A program made the translations under genes and the position numbers. From contig CAZPQW010000038.1 in assembly GCA_964588985.1 (NCBI GenBank), positions 1-20,197 on the forward strand: a stretch of DNA of 20,197 nt, given 5' to 3'. This DNA comes from an uncultured Solirubrobacteraceae bacterium (GTDB lineage Bacteria > Actinomycetota > Thermoleophilia > Solirubrobacterales > Solirubrobacteraceae). Below, piece after piece: positions 1 through 6,978 of the stretch (position 1 is its first letter; every line of letters begins with the position of its first letter). The notes under the pieces were generated by a model that saw only the letters and a list, made by a program, of their open reading frames with translations, did no database searches and was not told the origin of the DNA.

Positions 1-97
1 CCCCGGGCGGCTCCCCGGGCGGCTTGCTATACGCCCCCGGGTTGGAGAGGCGTAGGTTCCGTTCGCGGGCAGCGCGCTGGGCCGGGGTCTCGGGCAT
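1..97 (-). CDS. Possible hypothetical protein, N-terminal part only (MPETPAQRAARERNLRLSNPGAYSKPPGEPPG...), runs off the window edge
   Basis: Own translation from ATG at 97, open to base 1. It is divergent from the gene at 196 and explains the 12-bp tandem repeat at 1-24 as PPG coding repeats. No clear SD. Confidence 0.35.
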   Translation of the reverse strand, partial: MPETPAQRAARERNLRLSNPGAYSKPPGEPPG

Positions 98-195
98 CTC
101 GAGGGCGATGTTCGCCCCGGGCCGCCCGGGGCGACAGGTGCCCTCCCCCGGGGGCCCCTGGCGGCACCCCCGGGCCGCGCGTAGGATTCCTGCCG

Positions 196-426
196 ATGCC
201 GAGTGCCCGCAACGGACGAAGCCGCAGCAAGCAAGCCCAGCTGCAACGCATGCTCGGCGAGCTCGGGACCGTCCTGCCCCGCGTCATGCACGGCACCCCG
301 CGCTGCCCCGCCCAAGGCTGGTACGCGAGGCTCCCGGACGGCCGCAACGTCTTCCTCGGCGACCACGCGGTCCTCGCCGGCATGAACATCGCGAAGATGC
401 TCAACAGCGAGGAGGCCCATGCGTAG
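196..426 (+). CDS. Hypothetical protein, 76 aa
   Basis: Protein-like composition (GWYARLPDGRNVFLG). A -10-like TAGGAT at 182-187 lies 8 nt before the ATG. It overlaps the next gene. Confidence 0.65.
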   Translation: MPSARNGRSRSKQAQLQRMLGELGTVLPRVMHGTPRCPAQGWYARLPDGRNVFLGDHAVLAGMNIAKMLNSEEAHA

Positions 427-772
427 CTACGGCTCCCGCTTCGACCCCGACACCGGTGCCCAGCACGCGCGCGTGCACCAGGCCACCGACTACAACCGCA
501 CGACCCTCCTACGCGAACGCCGGATCGGGAACGGCACCCTCAAGTTCGAGCTCGTCCGCTCGAGCGCCCCCGGCGCCCGCCGCTACGTCCAATTGCACGC
601 CGACTACGAGGACGCCGGCGAAGGCGTGACCACGATCGTACGGTGCGAGAGTCAGCTCGAGGAGGCCCGGGAACACTCCCGACTAGAGCGCATCATGCTC
701 GCCGCGAGCGCCCGCCCAAGCGACGCAAATAGCGACGCTTCTGCACAGGCCCCCCCGGGCGAGCCCATATAG
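419..772 (+). CDS. Hypothetical protein, 117 aa
   Basis: SD GAGGAGG before the ATG, 8-nt overlap with the upstream gene, beta-rich protein-like sequence. Confidence 0.65.
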   Translation: MRSYGSRFDPDTGAQHARVHQATDYNRTTLLRERRIGNGTLKFELVRSSAPGARRYVQLHADYEDAGEGVTTIVRCESQLEEAREHSRLERIMLAASARPSDANSDASAQAPPGEPI

Positions 773-799
773 GGGCGGTTCTCGACAAAAGCGTCACGA

Positions 800-1123
800 T
801 CAGGCCGCGATCCCTTGCTCGAGCCGGGACTCGTCGTCGCACTGATCGACGGCCGCACTCGGGCCAAAGCAGGACCGGGCCGCGTGCCCGCCCCACGATC
901 GCCCGCAGTGCACGCAGACGCCAGCGCCGTTGTCACGAAACGCCTTGCCCGCGGCGCCACGCCGCCCTTTTCGTGACCGACGCTTGCGGCATCGGTCGCT
1001 GCAGGTGCTACGCCGGCGCCCGGTCGGCGGCTGAACGATCGGATCGCCGCAGACGCTGCAGAGATCGGCATCGAGAGAGAGTTGTCGCGGGCGTTTCGTG
1101 ACGCTTCCGTCGCTAGGCGTCAT
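800..1123 (-). CDS. Cys-rich zinc-finger protein, ~107 aa
   Basis: CSVC...TGRRRSTCSDRCR motif plus a second CVHC...H...C cluster. The ATG at 1123 overlaps the end of the upstream gene and is preferred over the track start at 1186. Confidence 0.6.
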   Translation of the reverse strand: MTPSDGSVTKRPRQLSLDADLCSVCGDPIVQPPTGRRRSTCSDRCRKRRSRKGRRGAAGKAFRDNGAGVCVHCGRSWGGHAARSCFGPSAAVDQCDDESRLEQGIAA

Positions 1124-1394
1124 TGATGATCTCCGCGACGACCTCCATCTTGAGGTCCTCTGGGGGCAGGTAGCCGATCGCGCCATCGCTCATCCCCGGC
1201 CAGCCCATAGGCTCACAGAGCTGGGCTTTCTGCCGAGCCTGGATCGTCCGTCTAATCAACGTCATGCCCCGCAGATCGCGCAGTTCGAGCGTGACTCGCA
1301 GGCTCACGTCGCGCTTCGCCCGGCCGCAGCGATAGCCGATGTAGAACTCGACCGCGAGCACCGCGAAGAGAATCACCCATAGCCATGGGCTCAT
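1113..1394 (-). CDS. Hypothetical membrane-anchored protein, 93 aa
   Basis: Starts MSPWLWVILFAVLAVEFYIGYR (N-terminal hydrophobic helix). ATGA overlap with the upstream stop at 1391-1394. Confidence 0.65.
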   Translation of the reverse strand: MSPWLWVILFAVLAVEFYIGYRCGRAKRDVSLRVTLELRDLRGMTLIRRTIQARQKAQLCEPMGWPGMSDGAIGYLPPEDLKMEVVAEIINDA

Positions 1395-1579
1395 CCGAAG
1401 GATCTCCGCAGGGCGTTCGCCCAGATGCCCGCAACCTCGTTGATGGCCGCGCCGAAGCCTCGAACCCAGCCCTGCCGGTAGCCGCAGACGTAGCCGAATG
1501 TGAGCGCGACCAGCTGCATGCCGAAGTTGTCGCCTGGCAGCCATCGCCGATCGCTGTTGCTCTGGTCCCGAAGCGTCAT
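1391..1579 (-). CDS. Hypothetical protein, 62 aa
   Basis: ATGA overlap at 1576-1579 and SD GGGAGG upstream. Confidence 0.55.
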   Translation of the reverse strand: MTLRDQSNSDRRWLPGDNFGMQLVALTFGYVCGYRQGWVRGFGAAINEVAGIWANALRRSFG

Positions 1580-1911
1580 CGCAAAGCCTCCCCAACCGCG
1601 AAGCGCACTCTCGAGCGCGCAGGATCGACCTCGGGCAGGTACTCGCTCCATTCGGCGATCACCGGCTCGATATCAGCTGGCTGCTTGATCTCGGTCCAGT
1701 CAGCCGGCCAGCTCATATCCTCGAACGGAGTAGGGCAGCTGCATCCTGCGTCATGCGCGGCCCACAGCGTGCCATCGGGCGCTCGCACCACTATGAGCTG
1801 GTCAAATTCATAGCTACCGCCTAGATCCTCATCGACCAGGATCGCGAAGCCGAGCTTCTCAGCCGCGTAGTAGATGCGGTCTCCGGCGACGCTCTCACCG
1901 GAACCCGTCAT
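1576..1911 (-). CDS. Phage-type hypothetical protein with YEFD...DAGCSCPTPFE motif, 111 aa
   Basis: ATGA overlap at 1908-1911. The motif recalls uncharacterised actinophage proteins (from memory, not searched). Confidence 0.7.
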   Translation of the reverse strand: MTGSGESVAGDRIYYAAEKLGFAILVDEDLGGSYEFDQLIVVRAPDGTLWAAHDAGCSCPTPFEDMSWPADWTEIKQPADIEPVIAEWSEYLPEVDPARSRVRFAVGEALR

Positions 1912-2117
1912 GCCGCCACCCGCCCGGCGATGACGCGCTCCCACCAGCACTTCGTGCAGAGGTGCCCCGAGTGGCCGAGCACGTGGTCGGCGCGCTGGAC
2001 GGGCTGCACGAACCCGCCGGCGCTGCCCGCGGTGCCGCTCGGCTTGCTCCAACCGGCGGTCGCCTCGGTCTCCTTGCCGCAGCCCTCACAGGCGACGTTT
2101 GTATGCGAAACCGTCAT
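1908..2117 (-). CDS. Small zinc-ribbon protein (CEGC...CTKC), 69 aa
   Basis: Two CxxC pairs, GGGAG SD, ATGA overlaps at both ends. Confidence 0.6.
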   Translation of the reverse strand: MTVSHTNVACEGCGKETEATAGWSKPSGTAGSAGGFVQPVQRADHVLGHSGHLCTKCWWERVIAGRVAA

Positions 2118-2194
2118 CGCGTCAACTCCCAGAACGCGAACACGACCACGCCCGCGGACGCGAGCGCGAGAGCGATGCCGGCGACCCTATACAA
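2114..2194 (-). CDS. 26-aa single-TM peptide MYRVAGIALALASAGVVVFAFWELTR
   Basis: TTG start with AGGAGG SD upstream. It overlaps the upstream stop, and its TGA overlaps the downstream ATG (ATGA 2114-2117), filling the only gap in the operon. Confidence 0.6.
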   Translation of the reverse strand: MYRVAGIALALASAGVVVFAFWELTR

Positions 2195-2549
2195 GGCGCA
2201 GCCCTCCTCTCGGTCGCGGCACGCTCGGCAGCCGCCTGGGCGGCGTGCGCGGGAGCAGCGCGTGGGCCTCTGCCCGGCGCTGGGAGCGGAGCAGCATCGC
2301 GCCGATCACGGTCTGTTTGTATGCGAGCCGCGCCCGGTCGATCGCCTCGCCGTCGTGCCACGCCTCGATCAGGCGTTTGCGCTTGAGGAACGCGATCGTG
2401 CTCGTGATCGTGTCGGCGTTGAACTCGGCCGAGAGGTCCGACTGGATTTCCGCGCGCGTGCGGGCCTCCTCGCACGTCGCGAGCACGGCTTTCTCGACCG
2501 GAGTGAGGGTGGTGCGCAGCTCGTCCTCGAGCTGGTCTGAGTCGGTCAT
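2187..2549 (-). CDS. Putative winged-helix DNA-binding protein, 120 aa
   Basis: Pattern LTPVEKAVL...TRAEIQSDL...TITSTIAFLKRKRLIE...YKQT fits a wHTH. SD GGAGG precedes the ATG at 2549. Confidence 0.6.
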   Translation of the reverse strand: MTDSDQLEDELRTTLTPVEKAVLATCEEARTRAEIQSDLSAEFNADTITSTIAFLKRKRLIEAWHDGEAIDRARLAYKQTVIGAMLLRSQRRAEAHALLPRTPPRRLPSVPRPRGGLRLV

Positions 2550-2574
2550 GGGTTCCTCCATCGTCTAGCGGGCG

Positions 2575-2722
2575 TACTGTCAAGTGGCTGCCCGCCGGTC
2601 CTTCGGCGGGCGCCACGCCCCCGGCCGTCACACCGGCGCGGGGGCACTTTTTGCTTCACTACGGCCCGACAGGCCCGCAGGGTGTGACTTGCGGGCGCGT
2701 TTCGAGCAAGGGAAGGAACCCC
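2575..2722 (+). promoter_or_regulatory. Structured leader upstream of the recombinase: -10 box, three hairpins, terminator-like U tract
   Basis: TACTGT at 2575-2580; hairpins 2590-2611, 2617-2645 (followed by ACTTTTT) and 2673-2696; SD GGAAGGA at 2711-2717. Confidence 0.5.
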
Positions 2723-3454
2723 ATGCACAAGTCCATCCGCCGGCGGCGGGAAGCTGCCCGGCGCAATGATCAAATCCAGGTCCTCGATCCACGTGGACGC
2801 AGGCGCTCGCCCATGACCCTGCCGGGCTACAGGGCCGGGCAGAAGCCACCGAACTACGGGCGGACGTTCCCCGCGGAGATCCTCACCCCCGCCGAGATCG
2901 GCCGGCTCCTCGCCGCGTGCGGCCGCGGGCCCGCCGGGCTGCGGGCGCGCGCGTTGATCGTCGTGATGTGGCGCGGCGGCCTGCGGTGCCAGGAGGCTCT
3001 CGACCTCGAGCTGCGCGACGTCGACCGGGAGGCGGGCACGTTGACCGTGCGCCATGGCAAGGGCAACAAGCGTCGTGTCGTCGGCCTGGACCCGCAGGCG
3101 TTCGCGGTCCTCGAGCAGTGGCTCGCCAACCGGCAGGCGCTCCTCGTCCCTCGAGGCAGCCGCGTGTTCTGCACCATCACTCAGCCCGGGGCAGGCCGGC
3201 CGCTCGGCGCCGCTTACTGGCGCGAAGCGATCAAGCGCCTCGGGCAGCGCGCCGGGATCGAGAAGCGCGTCCACTGCCACGGCCTGCGCCACACGCACGC
3301 CGTCGAACTGATGCGCGAGCACACCAACGTGCTCACCATCAGCCGCCAGCTCGGACACTCGAACATCGCGATCACGCAGCGCTACCTCGACCACCTCGAG
3401 CCGGGCGAGGTCGTAGAGGTAATGCAGCAACGCGAGTGGCCCGTTCACGAGTAG
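2723..3454 (+). CDS. Tyrosine recombinase/integrase family protein (catalytic domain only), ~243 aa
   Basis: Full catalytic set: GLR, HGKGNK, HGLRH, LGHS, TQRY. SD GGAAGGA before ATG 2723; alternative start at 2813. Confidence 0.93.
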   Translation: MHKSIRRRREAARRNDQIQVLDPRGRRRSPMTLPGYRAGQKPPNYGRTFPAEILTPAEIGRLLAACGRGPAGLRARALIVVMWRGGLRCQEALDLELRDVDREAGTLTVRHGKGNKRRVVGLDPQAFAVLEQWLANRQALLVPRGSRVFCTITQPGAGRPLGAAYWREAIKRLGQRAGIEKRVHCHGLRHTHAVELMREHTNVLTISRQLGHSNIAITQRYLDHLEPGEVVEVMQQREWPVHE

Positions 3455-4119
3455 CGCCTCCTGCGTGAGCGTCCACGCCGCCGCGGCTCGCCTTTGAGCT
3501 TCGCGATCGCGGCGGCGTGTTCGCGGCGTTCCTCACGCTCGAACCACCATCCAGCCTTCTCGTGCGGGATCGGCTCAAACCCCCGAGCTTCGCGGCGGGT
3601 AGCCCGGACCCAGCGCCGCAGCGAGCAGACGAAATAGTCGAGCGAGCAGACCACTTCGCCGGCGCGGCACGCTCCATGCTCAAGGATGACGTCGAGTAGG
3701 AATCGGCCGCCGGCGCCGGGCCCCTCGAGCCGGTCGGCGATCCGGCAGTAGCGCTCGAGGTGCAGCCGCCGCCGGGCGGTGAGGGCCGGGTGTTGTTGCC
3801 GTGTGACGCCGCTGATCTCCCAAGCCACGACAGCGACCGTTAGCGGGTCACCACCGGCATCCAGAGCCGCATACAGCGCTTGGGCGCCCCCCTCCCTCGT
3901 TGCTGTCCTCAGCGCACTCAGCGCGGCCCCCCGCGTCCGGCTCGCCGAATCGGCCTGCTCGCGTGTCGCCAGCCCCTCCCTAGCAACGCGCGCCCCCACA
4001 CCTGCCTTCCTGGGAGAAGGAGGGGAGGAATTAACGACAACGGCAGAACAACCACCTTCAACCCCCCGTAGGGGGTTAGACAAAACTCCTCCAGAAAAAG
4101 GCGGCTCGCAAGCCGCCAC
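3445..4119 (-). CDS. Hypothetical protein, possibly the C-terminal region of a replication-type protein; start uncertain (GTG 4119 or GTG 3999)
   Basis: Helical protein-like C-terminal ~170 aa, convergent with the recombinase with a 10-nt overlap. GTG 3999 has AGGAAGG upstream. Confidence 0.55.
   Translation of the reverse strand: MAACEPPFSGGVLSNPLRGVEGGCSAVVVNSSPPSPRKAGVGARVAREGLATREQADSASRTRGAALSALRTATREGGAQALYAALDAGGDPLTVAVVAWEISGVTRQQHPALTARRRLHLERYCRIADRLEGPGAGGRFLLDVILEHGACRAGEVVCSLDYFVCSLRRWVRATRREARGFEPIPHEKAGWWFEREERREHAAAIAKLKGEPRRRGRSRRRRYS
4095..4117 (-). terminator. Intrinsic terminator downstream of the tRNA fragment
   Basis: Minus strand GGCGGCT-TGCG-AGCCGCC followed by TTTTT. 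Confidence 0.6.
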
Positions 4120-4176
4120 ACCACCCGGACGCTGCCCGCGCCCAGGTGGCCCGTGAGACGCGCTCTCGCGCCTCCT

Positions 4177-4208
4177 AACAGACGCTCCACCAGCTGAGCT
4201 ACTCCGGC
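4177..4208 (-). pseudogene. 5' half of a tRNA gene (positions 1-32, probably Thr-type), truncated at the anticodon loop; probable att site
   Basis: Minus strand GCCGGAG-TA-GCTC-AGCTGGTG-GAGC-G-TCTGT-T gives acceptor 5' strand, complete D arm and anticodon 5' strand. No U33, anticodon 3' strand, TTCG loop or CTCCGGC follows. A -10 TACAGT lies upstream at 4228-4233. Confidence 0.8.
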
Positions 4209-4264
4209 ATCGGTTCAGCGAGCGTCAACTGTAACGACGCGGTCGCGGACGGTGTATTCGACGT

Positions 4265-5050
4265 ATGGCCCTTCAGCCCATCGAGACCGTCGCGAAGAAC
4301 GAGCTGGTCGTCCAGTCTGCTGAGCCGAGCACGGACCTGCACACCTTCCACGAGCGCGCGGTGGGCAGGGGCGTGAACCCGTTCGTGTACTGGCCGGTGC
4401 GCGCGGTCCTGATGCCGCTCTTCCTTATCTACTTCCGCCTGCAGCGCGTCGGACGCGAGCACCTTCCCCGCACGGGCCCGCTGTTGCTGGCCGCGAACCA
4501 CCGCAGCTTCCTCGACCCATTCGTGATCGGCGCGCTCGTGCGGCGCCCCGTCTACTACATGGCCAAGCGGGAGCTGTTCGAAAAGCGCTGGCAGGCGTGG
4601 GTGCTGAACGCCCTGGGCGCGTTCCCGGTCGATCGAGGCGCCGGCGACGGCAACGCGATGGCGACGGCGCGCGCGATCCTCGAACGCGGAGACTGCGTGG
4701 TGGTGTTTCCAGAGGGCACCCGCGTGCGCAAAGGGCCGCTGCGCGACCCGCGCCGCGGCATCGGTCGCCTCGCGCTCGAAACGGGCACGCCGGTCGCGCC
4801 GGTGGCCGTGATCGGGACCGAACACGTGCGCAGGGGCTGGCGCATACGCCCGCGCAAGGTCAGCCTCCGCGTCGGTGCGCCGCTGCAATTCCCGACCGTC
4901 GAGGATTGCTCGCCCTCGCTCGCCGCGGGCGTGACCGACCGCATCTGGGCGTGCATCCGCCTGCAGTGGGATTGGCTCGGCGGCGCCAAGCCGGCGCTTC
5001 CGTCACCCGGCGACAGCGCGCCGGCGCGCGAGATCTCGCGCGCGGCCTGA
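4265..5050 (+). CDS. plsC: 1-acyl-sn-glycerol-3-phosphate (lysophospholipid) acyltransferase, PlsC family
   Basis: NHRSFLD (HX4D), FPVDR and FPEGTR motifs. Confidence 0.92.
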   Translation: MALQPIETVAKNELVVQSAEPSTDLHTFHERAVGRGVNPFVYWPVRAVLMPLFLIYFRLQRVGREHLPRTGPLLLAANHRSFLDPFVIGALVRRPVYYMAKRELFEKRWQAWVLNALGAFPVDRGAGDGNAMATARAILERGDCVVVFPEGTRVRKGPLRDPRRGIGRLALETGTPVAPVAVIGTEHVRRGWRIRPRKVSLRVGAPLQFPTVEDCSPSLAAGVTDRIWACIRLQWDWLGGAKPALPSPGDSAPAREISRAA

Positions 5051-5083
5051 ACCGCCCGGCGCAACGCGGGTAGGGTGCAATGA

Positions 5084-5701
5084 GTGGGCGAGCAAACAAG
5101 TCACAAGCCCAAGGCCCAGCTCGACGCGGAGTTCTCGGAGCTGTATCGCGCTCATCTGCGCGACGTGTACAGCTACGCGTACTACCGGATCGGCAACCAC
5201 CACGACGCCGAGGACCTCACCGAGCAGACGTTCCTGCAGGCCTATCGCCACTTCGAGCGCGCCCAGCGCGAATCGCACGGGCGGCCGCTGCGGCCGTGGC
5301 TGATCCGTATCGCGCACAACCTCGCCGCGAACCTCTACCGCGACCGCTCGCGCAAGCCGGCCTCGCCGATCGACGAGACGACCCCGCTCGCGGCGTTGCA
5401 CACGACCGAGCAGCTGGTGGAGGGCCGCGACGAGCTGAGCCGGATCCTCGACGGCGTGGGCAAGCTCCCCGACGACAGGCGCGAGGCGCTGATCATGCGC
5501 TTCGCCCTCGGCATGGACAATCGCGAGATCGCGCGGGCGCTGGGGCGCTCGGACGGCGCGACCAAGGTGCTGATCCATCGCGCGATCAAGCAGCTCGAGG
5601 AGATCGTGGGCGATCGAGGCCACGAGACCGCCGGGCCGAGCAATGGGCGCGTGAACGGCGCGGTGCGCCTCGACGCGAAGGCGGGTGGGTCGGATGAATG
5701 A
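5084..5701 (+). CDS. ECF-subfamily sigma-70 factor
   Basis: Region 2 DAEDLTEQTFLQAY...WLIRIAHN and region 4 LPDDRREALIMRFALGMDNREIARALG...KVLIHRA. TAGGGT lies 7 nt upstream of the GTG. Confidence 0.95.
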   Translation: MGEQTSHKPKAQLDAEFSELYRAHLRDVYSYAYYRIGNHHDAEDLTEQTFLQAYRHFERAQRESHGRPLRPWLIRIAHNLAANLYRDRSRKPASPIDETTPLAALHTTEQLVEGRDELSRILDGVGKLPDDRREALIMRFALGMDNREIARALGRSDGATKVLIHRAIKQLEEIVGDRGHETAGPSNGRVNGAVRLDAKAGGSDE

Positions 5702-6044
5702 AGCGCTGCCCAGCTTCGAGGGTCTGCTGCGCGAAGCGCTCGCGCCCGTGGAGCCTCCCGCGGACCTGGTCGAGCGGCTCGAGAGCACGCTCACGAGCAT
5801 CACCGAGATGGCCGCGGACGAGCTCGAGGCGTGGGAGCTCTCGGCGATGCGCGACCCGCGCAACTGGGTTCGTCCCGCCGCCGCGCTCATCGCCGGCGGG
5901 GCCGCGGGGACGGCGCTCGTGATCCTGCGCGCGCGCCGCCGTCAGCCGGGAGCGACTGCCGAGCTGAACGCGCTGAAGGACACCGCCGAGCGCGCCGTGC
6001 GCGACCTCGGCCGCGAGACGCGAAAACTGCTCAGCGACCGCTGA
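5694..6044 (+). CDS. Small protein with one hydrophobic helix, possible anti-sigma/partner, 116 aa
   Basis: Overlaps the sigma gene stop; hydrophobic AAALIAGGAAGTALVIL followed by RARRR. Confidence 0.75.
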   Translation: MNEALPSFEGLLREALAPVEPPADLVERLESTLTSITEMAADELEAWELSAMRDPRNWVRPAAALIAGGAAGTALVILRARRRQPGATAELNALKDTAERAVRDLGRETRKLLSDR

Positions 6045-6079
6045 GCGTTCGCGCCGGCCAGCTACGCTCTTCTCCCGCC

Positions 6080-6961
6080 ATGGCCACCTGCTACCGCCAT
6101 CCCTCGCGCGAGACCGGCGTCTCGTGCGCCAACTGCGGCCGGCCGATTTGCCCGGACTGCATGACCACCACCCCTGTGGGGATGCGCTGCCCGGAGTGCT
6201 CCAAACAGCGCACCAAAGTGATGCACATGCGCGACATGGCCCGCATACCGCAGGTCACCTACGCGCTGATCGTGATCAACGTGATCGCGTTCCTGGCCGA
6301 GGGCAACCTCTCCTTCGGCGGCGGACCCGTCAGCAGCATCTACGAAGAAGGCGCACTGATCGGCAGCCTCCCGCGGATCCCCGAACTCGGGGTCGCTCAC
6401 GGCCAGTGGTGGAGGATCGTCACCGGTGGGTTCCTGCACGAGAACCTGCTGCACATCGGTTTCAACATGTACATCCTCTACGTCCTAGGCATGCAGCTGG
6501 AGCCGGTGCTCGGGCGCTTGAAGTTCGGCGTGATCTACGGCGTGTCGCTGCTGACCGGGTCGCTCGGCGCGCTGATCGTCACGCCTCACGCTGTCACGGT
6601 CGGCGCCTCCGGTGCGGTGTTCGGCATCATGGGCGCCTTCGCCGTGGAGATGCGATCCCGGCAGCTTTCGGTGATGCGCGGGGGCCTCGGCGGTATCGGT
6701 GGGCTGATCATGATCAACCTCGTGATCAGCTTCACGCTCCCCGGCATCTCCTGGGGCGGGCACATCGGCGGGCTGATCGGCGGGGCGTTGGTCGCGCAGC
6801 TCCTTCTGCTCGGTGAGCGCCGTCGCGTGCCCGCAGTGGCGCTCGCCGGCTGTGTGGCGATTGCTCTCGCCGCGGTCGCCGGCTCGGTGATCACCGCCAA
6901 GTCCAGCGAGGTCGAATCCTCGCCCGGAGTGCCGGCGGGCCTCGTCGGGCCAGAACCGTAG
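6080..6961 (+). CDS. Rhomboid-family intramembrane serine protease with N-terminal Cys/His (B-box-like) zinc-binding domain
   Basis: CYRHP...CANCGRPICPDC N-terminus, WWR, HIGFNM, catalytic GASG and GHIGG. The start at ATG 6080 is preferred over the track start at 5831. Confidence 0.95.
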   Translation: MATCYRHPSRETGVSCANCGRPICPDCMTTTPVGMRCPECSKQRTKVMHMRDMARIPQVTYALIVINVIAFLAEGNLSFGGGPVSSIYEEGALIGSLPRIPELGVAHGQWWRIVTGGFLHENLLHIGFNMYILYVLGMQLEPVLGRLKFGVIYGVSLLTGSLGALIVTPHAVTVGASGAVFGIMGAFAVEMRSRQLSVMRGGLGGIGGLIMINLVISFTLPGISWGGHIGGLIGGALVAQLLLLGERRRVPAVALAGCVAIALAAVAGSVITAKSSEVESSPGVPAGLVGPEP

Positions 6962-6978
6962 TCGCGGCCGGCGTCGGC

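Larger units (their letters stand above)
1..4208. mobile_element. Integrated phage-like/integrative element, right end only (left end outside window)
   Basis: Cluster of short hypothetical genes with overlapping stop/start codons, Zn-finger and wHTH-like proteins and a tyrosine recombinase. It is bounded by a truncated tRNA 5' half at 4177-4208, after which housekeeping genes begin. Confidence 0.75.

Noticed and set aside
1-24. 12-bp tandem repeat CCCCGGGCGGCT as iteron or CRISPR repeat
   Set aside because: Only two adjacent copies, no spacers, and explicable as PPG coding repeats on the minus strand. No CRISPR array or cas gene was seen anywhere in the window.
2578-2583. Perfect TTGACA -35 on the minus strand for the wHTH operon
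   Set aside because: No -10 element at 16-18 nt spacing; the SD occupies that position.
4130-4208. Complete tRNA or tRNA with a group I intron
   Set aside because: No U33, no anticodon 3' strand, no TTCG T-loop and no acceptor 3' strand. The downstream sequence shows no recognisable intron core.
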